Positions 50,815-61,455 of a stretch of 64,000 nt of DNA are shown in pieces (within the stretch, counting starts at the first letter, position 1; each line of letters opens with the position of its first letter). The stretch covers positions 12,974 through 76,973 of the forward strand of contig JBHOTE010000001.1 in NCBI GenBank assembly GCA_042584125.1. Direction: 5' to 3'. Under the pieces are notes generated by a model, which saw only the letters and a list, made by a program, of their open reading frames with translations, searched no databases and was not told the DNA's origin. A program made the position numbers and the translations under genes. Origin of the DNA: Bacteroidota bacterium (GTDB lineage Bacteria > Bacteroidota > Bacteroidia > Flavobacteriales > Flavobacteriaceae).

Positions 50815-51384
50815 TTATTTAACAAACCAATTATCTTCCATACATTTTCTAAGTTGTGTTCTGGCTCTATGAATGATAACCCACAAATTAGACGATGTTA
50901 TATCTAGCTCCTTACAGATTTCTTCCGTATCAAAATCTTGCAGTGTTTTCATTTTAAACACCATGGCATATTTTTCTGGAAGTTTTTCAATACAAGCTGT
51001 TAAAGCTTCACCAAGCTCTTCTGTTTCTATACTTTTATCTGCATCGTTGCCCCAAGTTTGCGGCACACGCTCTTCTAACCAATCTCCTTCATTTTCACCA
51101 TCACTATAAAAATTCATTCGAACTTCAGCTTTTCCTTTTTTCGAATTTATTTTTCTGTAATAATCAATGATTTTTCTTTTCAAAATAGCCACCAACCAAG
51201 TACGTTCGCTTGCTTTTCCTTCAAAATTTTTCATAGCTTTTAAGGCTGCAAAAAACGTTTCTTGTACCAAATCCTTAGACACTTCAGATTTACTAACTCT
51301 TGATATTGTGTAGTTATACAAGTAATCTGCATGTAAATCAATCCATTTATCAGGATCTAAGGTATGTTTTGTATCAGTAGTCAT
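50815..51384 (-). CDS. ECF sigma-70 factor
   Basis: DLVQETF, TWLVAILKRKIIDYYR (region 2); EEIC..L...HRAR (region 4). Confidence 0.92.
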   Translation of the reverse strand: MTTDTKHTLDPDKWIDLHADYLYNYTISRVSKSEVSKDLVQETFFAALKAMKNFEGKASERTWLVAILKRKIIDYYRKINSKKGKAEVRMNFYSDGENEGDWLEERVPQTWGNDADKSIETEELGEALTACIEKLPEKYAMVFKMKTLQDFDTEEICKELDITSSNLWVIIHRARTQLRKCMEDNWFVK

Positions 51385-51587
51385 TGATTTTTTTCTGTTA
51401 CTTCTAAGTTTTACAGATGCTAAATATAAGGAAACTTCATTTCTTAGCTGTAAAATATTTTATTAAGTGAAATTATTGTTTCTGAAGGTTTTTTTATTTC
51501 TCTGAAATTGTACTTCTGTTTATGCCCCTAACCAATTATCACAAATCTTTATGTATTTTTACCGTCTGATTTTTAAATATCGAAAAA

Positions 51588-52406
51588 ATGTCATTAGCAA
51601 AAAAACAATACAAACGAGTAACTACAAATTCATTGATTGAAATGAAGCACAATGGTGAAAAAATATCTATGCTCACAGCATACGATTACACCATGGCAAA
51701 AATTGTTGACTCTGCTGGTATTGATGTAATTTTAGTTGGTGATTCTGCCTCTAACGTAATGGCGGGACATGAAACAACATTGCCTATTACTTTAGATCAA
51801 ATGATTTACCATGCTAGTTCTGTGGTAAGAGCTTCTTCTAGAAGTCTTGTAGTAGTTGATTTACCTTTTGGTAGTTACCAATCAGACCCTAAAGAAGCCT
51901 TAAGATCTGCCATAAGAATTATGAAAGAATCTGGTGGTCATGCTATAAAAGTTGAAGGTGGTAAAGAAATAAAAGAATCCATCAAAAGAATTTTAGGTGC
52001 CGGAATTCCTGTAATGGGACATTTAGGACTTACCCCTCAATCTATTTATAAGTTTGGAACTTACAGCGTAAGAGCTAAAAAAGATGCAGAAGCCAAACAA
52101 TTAATTAAAGATGCTTTGTTGTTAGAAAAACTAGGCTGTTTTTCTATTGTATTAGAAAAAGTTCCAGCTGCATTGGCTAAAGAAGTAGCAGAAAAATTAT
52201 CCATTCCTGTCATAGGAATTGGAGCTGGAAATGGTGTAGATGGACAGGTACTTGTTACCCATGACATGGTTGGAATGACCCATGAATTTCATCCACGATT
52301 TTTAAGACGTTATTTGAATTTATTTGATGATATGTCTAATGCTTTTAAACAATATAGCAAAGATGTTAAGTCGAAAGATTTTCCTAATGATAAAGAACAG
52401 TATTAA
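51588..52406 (+). CDS. panB: 3-methyl-2-oxobutanoate hydroxymethyltransferase
   Basis: [36 protein letters not shown] motifs. Confidence 0.97.
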   Translation: MSLAKKQYKRVTTNSLIEMKHNGEKISMLTAYDYTMAKIVDSAGIDVILVGDSASNVMAGHETTLPITLDQMIYHASSVVRASSRSLVVVDLPFGSYQSDPKEALRSAIRIMKESGGHAIKVEGGKEIKESIKRILGAGIPVMGHLGLTPQSIYKFGTYSVRAKKDAEAKQLIKDALLLEKLGCFSIVLEKVPAALAKEVAEKLSIPVIGIGAGNGVDGQVLVTHDMVGMTHEFHPRFLRRYLNLFDDMSNAFKQYSKDVKSKDFPNDKEQY

Positions 52407-52530
52407 ACTTCTAGCTTGTTGGACTGTTGGAAAATTCACGCTCTCTTATTAAAAAACAAGAGGATAAAACACATCCTCAACTACAAAAAACTAACAAGAA
52501 TTACTCTACAAATCTAAACGTCTACTATAA

Positions 52531-53892
52531 ATGAACGTTCTCCATATAGATAGCAATCACCCAATTTTAGAATCGGGATTAGAAAAATTAGGTTGTACAA
52601 ACCATATCGATTACACTTCTAGCAAAGAGGAAATTGAAAATAAAATTCACTTATACGAAGGAGTGGTTGTTAGAAGTCGATTTAAAATTGACAAACAGTT
52701 TTTAGACAAAGCAACACAGCTAAAATTTATCGCTAGAGTTGGTGCTGGTTTAGAAAGTATTGATACCGATTATGCTGCTGAAAAAGGGGTGTATTTAATT
52801 TCTGCACCTGAAGGAAACAGAAATGCGGTTGGAGAACACGCATTGGGAATGTTGCTTTCACTTTTTAATAAAATTAAACAAGCCGACTTACAAATACGAC
52901 AAGGAAAATGGTTGCGAGAAGAAAATCGTGGACTAGAATTAGAGGGTAAAACTGTTGGACTTATTGGCTATGGAAACATGGGTAAATCTTTTGCTAAAAA
53001 ACTAAGAGGTTTTGATGTAGAGGTTCTTTGTTACGATATAAAAGAAAATGTTGGTGATGAAAATTGCCGACAAACCACTTTGACAGAAATTCAGGAAAAA
53101 GCAGATGTTTTAAGCATCCACACGCCTTTTAATGAGCTTTCCGACAAAATGATTAATAGAGAAATGATTAGCTTGTTTAAAAAGCCTTTTTATTTAGTAA
53201 ACACCGCTAGAGGAACAGCTGTAGTTACTGATCATTTAGTAGAAGGCTTGCTGTCTGGAAAAATTTTAGGTGCCTGCTTAGATGTATTAGAGTATGAAAA
53301 AGGTTCTTTTGAAAATTTATTTGAAAACAAATCTTTTCCTCCTGCTTTTGAGTACTTAATCAATTCTGAACAAGTATTATTATCACCGCATGTTGCTGGA
53401 TGGACCGTTGAGTCTAAAGAAAGATTGGCACAAACTTGTGTGGATAAAGTTGCTGCTAAATTTTACCATATTTATGCAAATGCAAACCAGGTTGTAAAGG
53501 AGAATGAAGGTGCTAAAGTAACAGGAATTGGAGGTGTGTTTTTTAAAACTAAAGATGTAGAAAAAACAAAAGCGTGGTATCAAAAACACTTAGGGTTAGA
53601 TACTGATGCTTATGGAAGTACTTTTTGGTGGAAAGATTTAAAAAATAATACCGCCACAACACAATGGTCTCCTTTTAAAGAAGAAAGCATTTATTTTGAG
53701 CCTTCTAATAAGGACTATATGTTTAATTATAGGGTTACTAATTTAGACCAACTATTAAAAAAATTAAAAGCAGAAGGCATCACCCAAATTGATAAAATTG
53801 AGGAATTTAGCTATGGAAAGTTTGCTTGGATTTTAGATTTAGATGGCAATAAAATAGAACTTTGGGAACCTGTAGACAAAGCCTTTGCTTAA
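52531..53892 (+). CDS. D-2-hydroxyacid (SerA-like) dehydrogenase fused to a VOC/glyoxalase domain
   Basis: ARVGAG, GYGNMG, NTARG, LDV.E.E, SPHVAG; then VTGIGGVFFK...WY...GKFAWILD.DGNKIELWEP. Confidence 0.88.
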   Translation: MNVLHIDSNHPILESGLEKLGCTNHIDYTSSKEEIENKIHLYEGVVVRSRFKIDKQFLDKATQLKFIARVGAGLESIDTDYAAEKGVYLISAPEGNRNAVGEHALGMLLSLFNKIKQADLQIRQGKWLREENRGLELEGKTVGLIGYGNMGKSFAKKLRGFDVEVLCYDIKENVGDENCRQTTLTEIQEKADVLSIHTPFNELSDKMINREMISLFKKPFYLVNTARGTAVVTDHLVEGLLSGKILGACLDVLEYEKGSFENLFENKSFPPAFEYLINSEQVLLSPHVAGWTVESKERLAQTCVDKVAAKFYHIYANANQVVKENEGAKVTGIGGVFFKTKDVEKTKAWYQKHLGLDTDAYGSTFWWKDLKNNTATTQWSPFKEESIYFEPSNKDYMFNYRVTNLDQLLKKLKAEGITQIDKIEEFSYGKFAWILDLDGNKIELWEPVDKAFA

Positions 53893-53926
53893 ACAAAGGC
53901 CTTTTACATTTTTAAAAAACCACTTT

Positions 53927-54400
53927 TTAACAACAGCCATTTCCTGGTATACAAGTATTGCTTTGCGCCGTTAATTCAGACAATTTTACTTTTGGTTTTT
54001 CTTCTGGAATTCCGCAATTATCTTTTGCCAAACAATCTGTTTGTTTGCTGGTTAATAGAAAATGGGTTCCATCAAATTCCAAACCATATTTTCCAATAGT
54101 TTCGGTATGTTGGTATTCAACTTCTATTTCAAAATCGCCCATATTTAAAACCTTTTCCGAAAGCTCAATAATTTTTAATAATTTTTCTGGATGCAATCTA
54201 TGATCGTAATCATCTGCATTCCATAATTGAAAATTAGCCACACGTTCCTGTCGTACCGTACCTCCACAATCAATAAAATTTTTAGTTACCTTACCAACTT
54301 CTGTTACATGAAAATGACTAGGCACCAAATCGCCATTGGGTAATTGAAACGCTATTTTTTTTAATTCAACTAGTTTTGATTTTATTTCTGAAAGCTTCAT
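53927..54400 (-). CDS. DUF6428-like protein with Cys-rich C-terminus
   Basis: HFHVTEVG, FIDCGG, QLW...DHRL, TDCLA..C, terminal C.PG.GCC. Confidence 0.8.
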   Translation of the reverse strand: MKLSEIKSKLVELKKIAFQLPNGDLVPSHFHVTEVGKVTKNFIDCGGTVRQERVANFQLWNADDYDHRLHPEKLLKIIELSEKVLNMGDFEIEVEYQHTETIGKYGLEFDGTHFLLTSKQTDCLAKDNCGIPEEKPKVKLSELTAQSNTCIPGNGCC

Positions 54401-54416
54401 CTCTTACTTTTTTATA

Positions 54417-54896
54417 TTATAAACTTTGTATGTGTTTTTTTAATCCTTCGCTATCCATTTGAACGACTTGCCAATCTTCTAAAACATTAGCTCCTGTACT
54501 TTTATAAAAATTTACGGCATTGGTGTTCCAGTCCAATACATTCCATTCTATTCTTTTTAAGCCCAGTTCAAACCCATATGCTAGCACTTTATTGTACAAT
54601 GCTTTTCCAATTCCCTTCCCTCTATAGGCTTCTTTAACAATTAAATCTTCTAAATGAATGGTTTTCCCTTTCCAAGTAGAATATCGATTATAAAACAAGG
54701 CAATTCCTACTATTTCATTGCCTACCAAACCGACAAAGACTTCAAATAATGGATTTTCAGAAAACCCGTCTCTTTGTAAATCTTCTACAGAAATTTCAAC
54801 CGCATCTGCTTCTTTTTCAAAGGCCGCCAACTCACAAATACAGGCATGTACAGCAAACATATCTTCTTTTACCGCTTTTCTAATTGTAAATTCCAT
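54417..54896 (-). CDS. GNAT N-acetyltransferase (SSAT-like)
   Basis: ELAAFEK, YSTWKG, LEDL.V...RGKGIG, VLDWN motifs. Confidence 0.9.
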   Translation of the reverse strand: MEFTIRKAVKEDMFAVHACICELAAFEKEADAVEISVEDLQRDGFSENPLFEVFVGLVGNEIVGIALFYNRYSTWKGKTIHLEDLIVKEAYRGKGIGKALYNKVLAYGFELGLKRIEWNVLDWNTNAVNFYKSTGANVLEDWQVVQMDSEGLKKHIQSL

Positions 54897-54980
54897 TTGG
54901 GTATTGTTTTTATTTTATCAACAAATTTAGGTGTTTTTATTGAGTAGAAAAGTATAAATAAGCTTTGTATTGATGCCCAG

Positions 54981-55625
54981 TTATTTTGAAATAAGTTCCG
55001 TTAATACTTGCTTAAACACACCTATAGGTTGCGCTCCAGTTACCGAACTTCTTTTATTGAAAACAAAGGTTGGTACAGATCTAACACCAAGACTTTGCCA
55101 ATAGGTTTCTTGACTTTTTACTTCTTTTCTAACTTCTTCATTATCCAATCTAATCAAAGCTTCTTCTGCGTTTAAACCGACTTCCAATAGCGCCTGTTTT
55201 AACACCGCTCTTTTTGACACATCTCTTCTTTCACTAAAAAAAGATGCTGTTAAACGCATTTTTAATTCGGTTTGCTTTCCAAATTGTTTTGCATAAGCAA
55301 GCAAAACATGTGCTTCAAAAGTATTTACCATTCTCATCTCCTCAAAAAAATCAAAAGTAAACCCCAGCGCCTCACCAGCATCTGTTATTCCTTGTTGCGA
55401 TTCTTTCTGCTACTGTAAAGAAGACCCATATTTTTCTCCAATATGTTCGTGTAAACGCTGTCCTTCTACAGACATATGTGGGTTTAGCTCAAAAGGCTGC
55501 CATTCAACTTCTACCTGATCTTGAATTCCTAATTCTGTTATTGCTTTATCCAAACGCTTATAACCAACCGTACACCACGGGCAAACAACATCAGAAACTA
55601 TATCTATTTTTAATTTATCTTTCAT
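54981..55625 (-). pseudogene. DsbA/FrnE family oxidoreductase interrupted by one in-frame TAG
   Basis: SDVVCPWC...PFELNP in the 5' part and VPTF..GAQ in the 3' part are in the same frame; the only interruption is TAG at 55410..55412. Confidence 0.82.
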
Positions 55626-55786
55626 TCTTCCTTAAATTTAAATTTGAACAGTCGAAAAAAGGAAACAATACCAACAAACCACAAGTTTTTTTTCTTATGA
55701 AACTGTATTGAAAGCAAATTAACTAATTCATTTAATTGTATGCCAAAGAATGTGTTATCGTTTGGTTACATAGACGATTGCACTTT

Positions 55787-56248
55787 TTATCCTATTTCTA
55801 TGTCCAACTGCTCTCCAGCTTCAAATGCTTTTTTATCCTTAGCCTTTCCAACTATAATACCGAAGGCCATTCCAAAACACATACCAATACCCATTAGCCC
55901 CATATTCCCTGTTGCCGTTCCAATAGGGACTCCAACAACTGTCATTCCTAGAGCCATTCCAATAACTAAATAGGTGTTTTGATAATAATTTTTCGGAACC
56001 AACTTTAATTCCTTTTCAATTAATTTTAGAATACTCGCTTGAGCTTTTATTATCTGTTTTTTCAATTCTTTGTCAGTTCCAAGAACTGCATTTAAGGAAT
56101 GGATTGTTGTATTTATGGTTGCTCTTATTTCTTCTGGAATTTCCTTTTTATTTATTGCCAATAGCAAGCTAGCTAGTTGTTCAAATACCTTTACTAGCTT
56201 TTTGTTCTCAGATTTGATTTCTCTTTCCTTCAGTTTTATAAATTCCAT
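55787..56248 (-). CDS. Hypothetical membrane protein with glycine-zipper hairpin
   Basis: Soluble helical N-terminus, KLVPKNYY, then Gly-rich TM segments. Confidence 0.75.
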   Translation of the reverse strand: MEFIKLKEREIKSENKKLVKVFEQLASLLLAINKKEIPEEIRATINTTIHSLNAVLGTDKELKKQIIKAQASILKLIEKELKLVPKNYYQNTYLVIGMALGMTVVGVPIGTATGNMGLMGIGMCFGMAFGIIVGKAKDKKAFEAGEQLDIEIG

Positions 56249-56253
56249 CTTAT

Positions 56254-57174
56254 CTATGAGTGTTTGGCAAAAAGACCATCAACCGAAAGATAGCGCTCTC
56301 CAGTGTCGTAATTCATGGTTAAAATAATTTTCTGCGCATCTGTTATTTGCAATTGTTTACGAACTGCCGCCAAAGAGGCCCCGGTAGAAATACCTGTCAA
56401 AATTCCTTCTGTTTTTGCTAAATTTTGTACCTCTGTAAAAGCTTCTTCTTTTGTAATTCTTATAACTCCATCAATGGCTTCTTTGTTGAATACTTCTGGA
56501 AAAAACCCAGGTCCAATTCCTTGTAATGGATGCGGCCCTGGTTCTCCTCCTGAAAGGATTGGAGAATCATTTGGCTCTACTGCCATTACTTTTATATTTT
56601 TAAATTTCTTTTTTAATACCTCAGCCATTCCTGTAATATGTCCTCCTGTACCTACTCCAGTAATTAAATAATCTAGCCCCTCTGGAAAATCATTAACAAT
56701 TTCTAATGCGGTTGTAGTGCGGTGAATTTCAGGGTTTGCTTGGTTTGTAAATTGTGAAGGCATCCATGCATTTGCATTGTTTTCAACCAACTCATTTGCT
56801 TTGGCAATAGTCCCCTTTAAACCTAATTCTTTTGGTGTTAGTACAAGATTGGCTCCATAGGCCGCCATTAAAGCTCTCCTTTCTACCGACATGGATTCTG
56901 GCATTACTAAGGTAAGTTTATAGCCTTTTATGGCTGCTACCATAGCCAAACCAATACCCGTATTTCCAGATGTTGGCTCAATAATTTCTTTGCCCTTCGT
57001 TAAAACACCTCTTTTTTCAGCATCCTCTATCATTGCCAAGCCAATTCTGTCTTTGATGCTTCCTCCTGGGTTTGCTTTTTCAAGTTTCATCCAAACATTT
57101 GCGTCTGGAAATAATTTTGACAAACGTACCACAGGTGTATTCCCTATGGCTTCTAAAATGTTATTTATTTTCAT
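56254..57174 (-). CDS. cysK: Cysteine synthase A
   Basis: [14 protein letters not shown] (PLP Lys), [24 protein letters not shown] motifs. Confidence 0.95.
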   Translation of the reverse strand: MKINNILEAIGNTPVVRLSKLFPDANVWMKLEKANPGGSIKDRIGLAMIEDAEKRGVLTKGKEIIEPTSGNTGIGLAMVAAIKGYKLTLVMPESMSVERRALMAAYGANLVLTPKELGLKGTIAKANELVENNANAWMPSQFTNQANPEIHRTTTALEIVNDFPEGLDYLITGVGTGGHITGMAEVLKKKFKNIKVMAVEPNDSPILSGGEPGPHPLQGIGPGFFPEVFNKEAIDGVIRITKEEAFTEVQNLAKTEGILTGISTGASLAAVRKQLQITDAQKIILTMNYDTGERYLSVDGLFAKHS

Positions 57175-57227
57175 ATGATTTTTTTGTTTCCTTCAAATCT
57201 ACAAAATAAACATAAAACGGCCCCAAC

Positions 57228-57260
57228 AAAAAAAGCTTGAAAAATTATTTCAAGCCTTTT
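57228..57260 (-). terminator. Intrinsic terminator of the M16 peptidase gene
   Basis: GCTTGAAAA-N-TTTTCAAGC hairpin with a U-tract on the minus strand. Confidence 0.7.
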
Positions 57261-57276
57261 ATGTATCCTTGTTCTT

Positions 57277-60096
57277 TTAACTTTCATCCTCAGGATTTAG
57301 TGTCGCTATAATTCTATTTTTTTTCAAATATTTATTTGCTACTTTTTTAACGTCTTTAGAATTAAGGGCGTTAATTTGTTTTTCTTTGTTTAGCCCTTTG
57401 CTTCTGTCATAGTTACCAAAATCGGCATTTTGTAATAAATGCAACCAATATTGATTTTTCTTTTGCTGTTCTTTGTATTCTAATAATTGTGCCTCTTTTA
57501 TTTTATTTAAATCCTTTTCAGAAATTCCGTTTTTCTGAATTTTTTCCAATTCTAAAAAGGCCTTCTTTTTTAACTTTTCTACATTTTCTGGACCACATGG
57601 AAAGGAAATGGAGAAGTTATAAGAACCTTCAGGAAATTTGCTCATAGAACCACGAGCACCTACTCCGTAAACCCCACTTTCTTCTTCTCGTAACTGCTCA
57701 ATTAATTTTATACTTAACACTTCTCCTAAACTTCTTAAATAATACGCATCCTTAGGATTGTATTTTGCTTGACCTTGGTAAATAATGCTAACCTTGCTTT
57801 TAGGTTCTTTTCCCTTTTTAATATTTTTTTCTAAGAAACCTGATAAAGGTTTGGCGTTTACATTTTTGAATTTTTCTTTAGTATAGGTACTAGGCAAACT
57901 TGCCAAATAAATTTCAACAAATTCTTTTAGTTTTGCGTCGTCAATATTCCCAACAAAATAAAAGTTAAAATCGCTAGCATCGGCAAAACGCTCTTGGTAT
58001 TTTTTATATGCCAAATCATAATCTGTTTGCTCCCAAACTTTTTTACTCGGAAACCCAACATATCTGGCATCATTTTTATTTAAAAATTGGTTCAACTTTA
58101 CAGAAAAATAGGTTGACGGTTCAGACAAGGCGTTTTTTAAATAGCCTGTCATTTTGGATTTAAAAGAATTGTATGCTTTTACATCATGATTTAATTTGGT
58201 AAAATACAAATGTGTTAGCTGAAATAACAATTCAAAATCTTTAGGAGTACTAGCTCCATGAAAGCCTTCACTTAAACTATTGATGACTGGATTTACAGAC
58301 ACCATTTTTCCTGATAATATTTTGCGCATCTCATTGTTAGAAAAACCATTGACTCCTGCCTGCGTCAACGCATTATTCGCTAACTCGGTTTTATGAACCT
58401 CCTCATTGGTGTACAAAGAAGTACCTCCATAACTGTAGGCAGAAAAAATAATTTTATCATTCTTAAAATCTGTTTTCTTATAGGTGACTTTTGCTCCATT
58501 AGACAACACTAAATTAGTTACTCCAAGCAGCGTGTCTTGTTCTACAGAAACAATGCTTCCTTTGGTAGGTTTTGACTCCATTAAACTGCTAGGTACTTCT
58601 TTATCATCATAAGGTTTTACATCTTTGTTTTTAACCTCATCAAGCACTTTTATAACTTCAGCTTCTTCAATTTTTTTAGTCGTTTCTTTTTGTGGTCCTG
58701 TAAAAACAACCACCCTATTCTCATCGTGAATATAACCAGATATCAAAGTATTACAGTCTTGCAAGCTTATTGTTGGGATTATTTTTTTTAAGGTTTCATA
58801 CTTCCAAGTAACACTAGGAATAATTGCTTCTGTTAAAAAATTCCGAACATACTGTCCTGTATATCTATTGGATTCTACTTTGTCTTGCTCTTTAAAAGCA
58901 CGCTCCATAGCAATAAGCATTTGCTCTTTTACCCTGTCTAATTCTCCTTGCTGAAAACCATGTCTTAAAACTCTTTCGTTTTCTAAAACTAAAGTTTCTA
59001 AAGCTTTTAATTGTCCTTCTTCACTTGTCATTGCTACTGATTGATAAGCTGCTTTAGATTTTGCCCAAGTACCACTATGTGTGGAATAACCAAAAATAAA
59101 TGGAGGATTTTCAGCTTCCTTTAACTCATTTAAACGTGCATTAATCATTTTTACAAACAAGCTATTTACAATGCTTTTTCTATAGTCTTTTATTGTTTGA
59201 ATAGGTTTTCGATCGTCAAAATCTTTATAATACAACTGTACGGTAGCGTTTGGTGTTTCTTTATCTGTTGCAATGGCTACAAAAGTTTCTTTGTGATTGG
59301 GTACCTTGTATTCAATACGCTCTTTTGGTTTTTTTACGATTGTATAACTCTCAAAATGTTCTCTAATTTTTTGTTCTAAAACTTCTGTATCTACATCACC
59401 AACAGCAATTACTGCCATTAAATCTGGTCGATACCAATCTTTATAAAAACTTCTTAAATCTTCATAGGTGAAATTTTCTATCACTTTTTTTGTACCGATT
59501 GGCAAACGTTCTGCATAATGTGAATTGTGCATTAATTTGGGTAAATATTTTTTCATCATTCTTTTACCTGCACCTAATCCTAAACGGTATTCTTCTAACA
59601 CAACCCCACGTTCTTTGTCTATTTCTTCTTCCGTAAGGGAAGCATTAAATGCCCAATCTTCTAAAATTTGAAAGCCTTTTTCTAATTTTTCTTCATTGTC
59701 TGAAGGAATTGGCAAAATATAAACCGTTTCATCAAAACTTGTATAGGCATTTAAGTGTGCTCCAAACTTAACTCCGATGCTCTGCAAATAATCAACCAAT
59801 TCATTTTTATTAAAATTTTTAGAACCATTAAAGTTCATATGTTCCATAAAATGCGCTAAACCCAATTGTTTTTCAGTTTCTAAAATAGAACCTGCTTTTA
59901 CTACCAAACGCAATTCTACTTTTTGCTCTGGCTTAGTGTTTTTACGGATATAATACGTTAGCCCATTAGACAGCACTCCTTTTTTTACGGAAGCATCTAT
60001 AGGAATTCCTCCAACTTCTTGCGCTAAAGCTCTATTTGAAATAAAAAGGATTGATAAAAACAAGAACGAAATTGATAAATAGTATAGATTTTTCAT
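57277..60096 (-). CDS. M16 family zinc protease (PqqL-like)
   Basis: Inverted zinc motif HFMEH, NAYTSFDET, ERGVV.EE, RLPIG, LREE.SGVY. Confidence 0.92.
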   Translation of the reverse strand: MKNLYYLSISFLFLSILFISNRALAQEVGGIPIDASVKKGVLSNGLTYYIRKNTKPEQKVELRLVVKAGSILETEKQLGLAHFMEHMNFNGSKNFNKNELVDYLQSIGVKFGAHLNAYTSFDETVYILPIPSDNEEKLEKGFQILEDWAFNASLTEEEIDKERGVVLEEYRLGLGAGKRMMKKYLPKLMHNSHYAERLPIGTKKVIENFTYEDLRSFYKDWYRPDLMAVIAVGDVDTEVLEQKIREHFESYTIVKKPKERIEYKVPNHKETFVAIATDKETPNATVQLYYKDFDDRKPIQTIKDYRKSIVNSLFVKMINARLNELKEAENPPFIFGYSTHSGTWAKSKAAYQSVAMTSEEGQLKALETLVLENERVLRHGFQQGELDRVKEQMLIAMERAFKEQDKVESNRYTGQYVRNFLTEAIIPSVTWKYETLKKIIPTISLQDCNTLISGYIHDENRVVVFTGPQKETTKKIEEAEVIKVLDEVKNKDVKPYDDKEVPSSLMESKPTKGSIVSVEQDTLLGVTNLVLSNGAKVTYKKTDFKNDKIIFSAYSYGGTSLYTNEEVHKTELANNALTQAGVNGFSNNEMRKILSGKMVSVNPVINSLSEGFHGASTPKDFELLFQLTHLYFTKLNHDVKAYNSFKSKMTGYLKNALSEPSTYFSVKLNQFLNKNDARYVGFPSKKVWEQTDYDLAYKKYQERFADASDFNFYFVGNIDDAKLKEFVEIYLASLPSTYTKEKFKNVNAKPLSGFLEKNIKKGKEPKSKVSIIYQGQAKYNPKDAYYLRSLGEVLSIKLIEQLREEESGVYGVGARGSMSKFPEGSYNFSISFPCGPENVEKLKKKAFLELEKIQKNGISEKDLNKIKEAQLLEYKEQQKKNQYWLHLLQNADFGNYDRSKGLNKEKQINALNSKDVKKVANKYLKKNRIIATLNPEDES

Positions 60097-60331
60097 GAGA
60101 ATTATTTTTTTACGTAAATATATAACGCATTTTTCATAAAAAAGATTAATTTTAATTGGTTAACCAATTTTAAATAAGTGTAATTTATACCCTTTTTTAT
60201 TCTCAAAATAGCGGTTTATTTGTTTTTGAAAATTTAAATTTTCACTTCCTCTATTACACATTAAATATTAATTTTTTAAAATAACGTAACGTACTGAATA
60301 TTAACTAAATTCCCTTTTTAAACTATAAATT

Positions 60332-61339
60332 ATGAGTAAAGTAATTACATTCGGAGAAATATTAATGCGCTTGTCTCCACGAGGAAACAAAAAATTTATT
60401 CAAAGCAACGTTGTAGAGTTTTATTTTGGTGGAACAGAACTAAATGTTGGTATTTCCATTGCAAATTTTGGTGGAAAAGTAAAACATATTAGTTGTATTT
60501 CTGATGATTTTATTGGAAAAACGGCCATTTCATACCTAAGAAAATTTGGAGTAAGCACCCGTCATATTGTAAAAACAGAAAGACCTTTAGGGGTTTATTT
60601 TTTAGAGGTTGGAGCGGTTATGAGACCGAGTTCTATATCGTACAACAGGTCACATTCTTCCTTTTCAGAAATCAAACCAGAAATGGTTGATTGGGAAAGT
60701 TCTTTAAATGGTGGGAACTGGTTTCATTGGACAGGAATTACTCCTGCTTTAACAGAAGGTGCTTACCATACCTTAAAAGAAGGGTTAAAATTAGCCAAAG
60801 AAAAAGGGCTAGAAATTTCAGCAGACCCAACTTATAGAAGTGGTCTTTGGAAGTATGGCGCTAACCCGAAAACGGTATTAAGAGATTTGTTACAATACTC
60901 TACTATATTTATTGGAGGAGTAAATGAAATAAATGAAGTTTTAGGAACTAATTACAGCTATTCTAAAAGCGACTTTATAGCTGCCAGTCAGCAATTAATA
61001 CAAGAATTTCCAAATATTACTAAAGTATTTGATAAAATTAGAACTTCTGTAAACTCCTCTTGGCATAAAATACGTTCTAGAATGTGGAATGGTATTGAGT
61101 ACAGAGAAACGGAAGATTTAGACATAACACATATTGTTGATAGAATTGGGACAGGAGATGCCTATGCAGCAGGGTTAATTTATGCATTACAAAAATTTAA
61201 TGATGATTATAAATCCATGGAATTTGCCTGTGCTGCTTCTGCGTTAAAACACACCTATGAAGGAGATGTTAATTTTGCAACGGCTGAAGAAGTAAACAGC
61301 ATTTTAGATGGTAACACAACAGGAAGATTAAATAGATAA
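60332..61339 (+). CDS. kdgK: PfkB family sugar kinase, 2-keto-3-deoxygluconate kinase-like
   Basis: TFGEILMRLSP, HWTGITPA, DRIGTGDAY motifs. Confidence 0.85.
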   Translation: MSKVITFGEILMRLSPRGNKKFIQSNVVEFYFGGTELNVGISIANFGGKVKHISCISDDFIGKTAISYLRKFGVSTRHIVKTERPLGVYFLEVGAVMRPSSISYNRSHSSFSEIKPEMVDWESSLNGGNWFHWTGITPALTEGAYHTLKEGLKLAKEKGLEISADPTYRSGLWKYGANPKTVLRDLLQYSTIFIGGVNEINEVLGTNYSYSKSDFIAASQQLIQEFPNITKVFDKIRTSVNSSWHKIRSRMWNGIEYRETEDLDITHIVDRIGTGDAYAAGLIYALQKFNDDYKSMEFACAASALKHTYEGDVNFATAEEVNSILDGNTTGRLNR

Positions 61340-61410
61340 GGTTTTATCTATATAGGATTTGCCTATACTTGTATAAAAAGAAATAATTTCTATTAATGGG
61401 TTCTGTTGCT

Positions 61411-61418
61411 TACCTTTG
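61411..61418 (+). promoter_or_regulatory. -7 promoter element of sod
   Basis: TACCTTTG upstream of the ATG at 61456. Confidence 0.55.
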
Positions 61419-61455
61419 ATTAACATTTTAAATAAAAATCTAAAATATATATATT

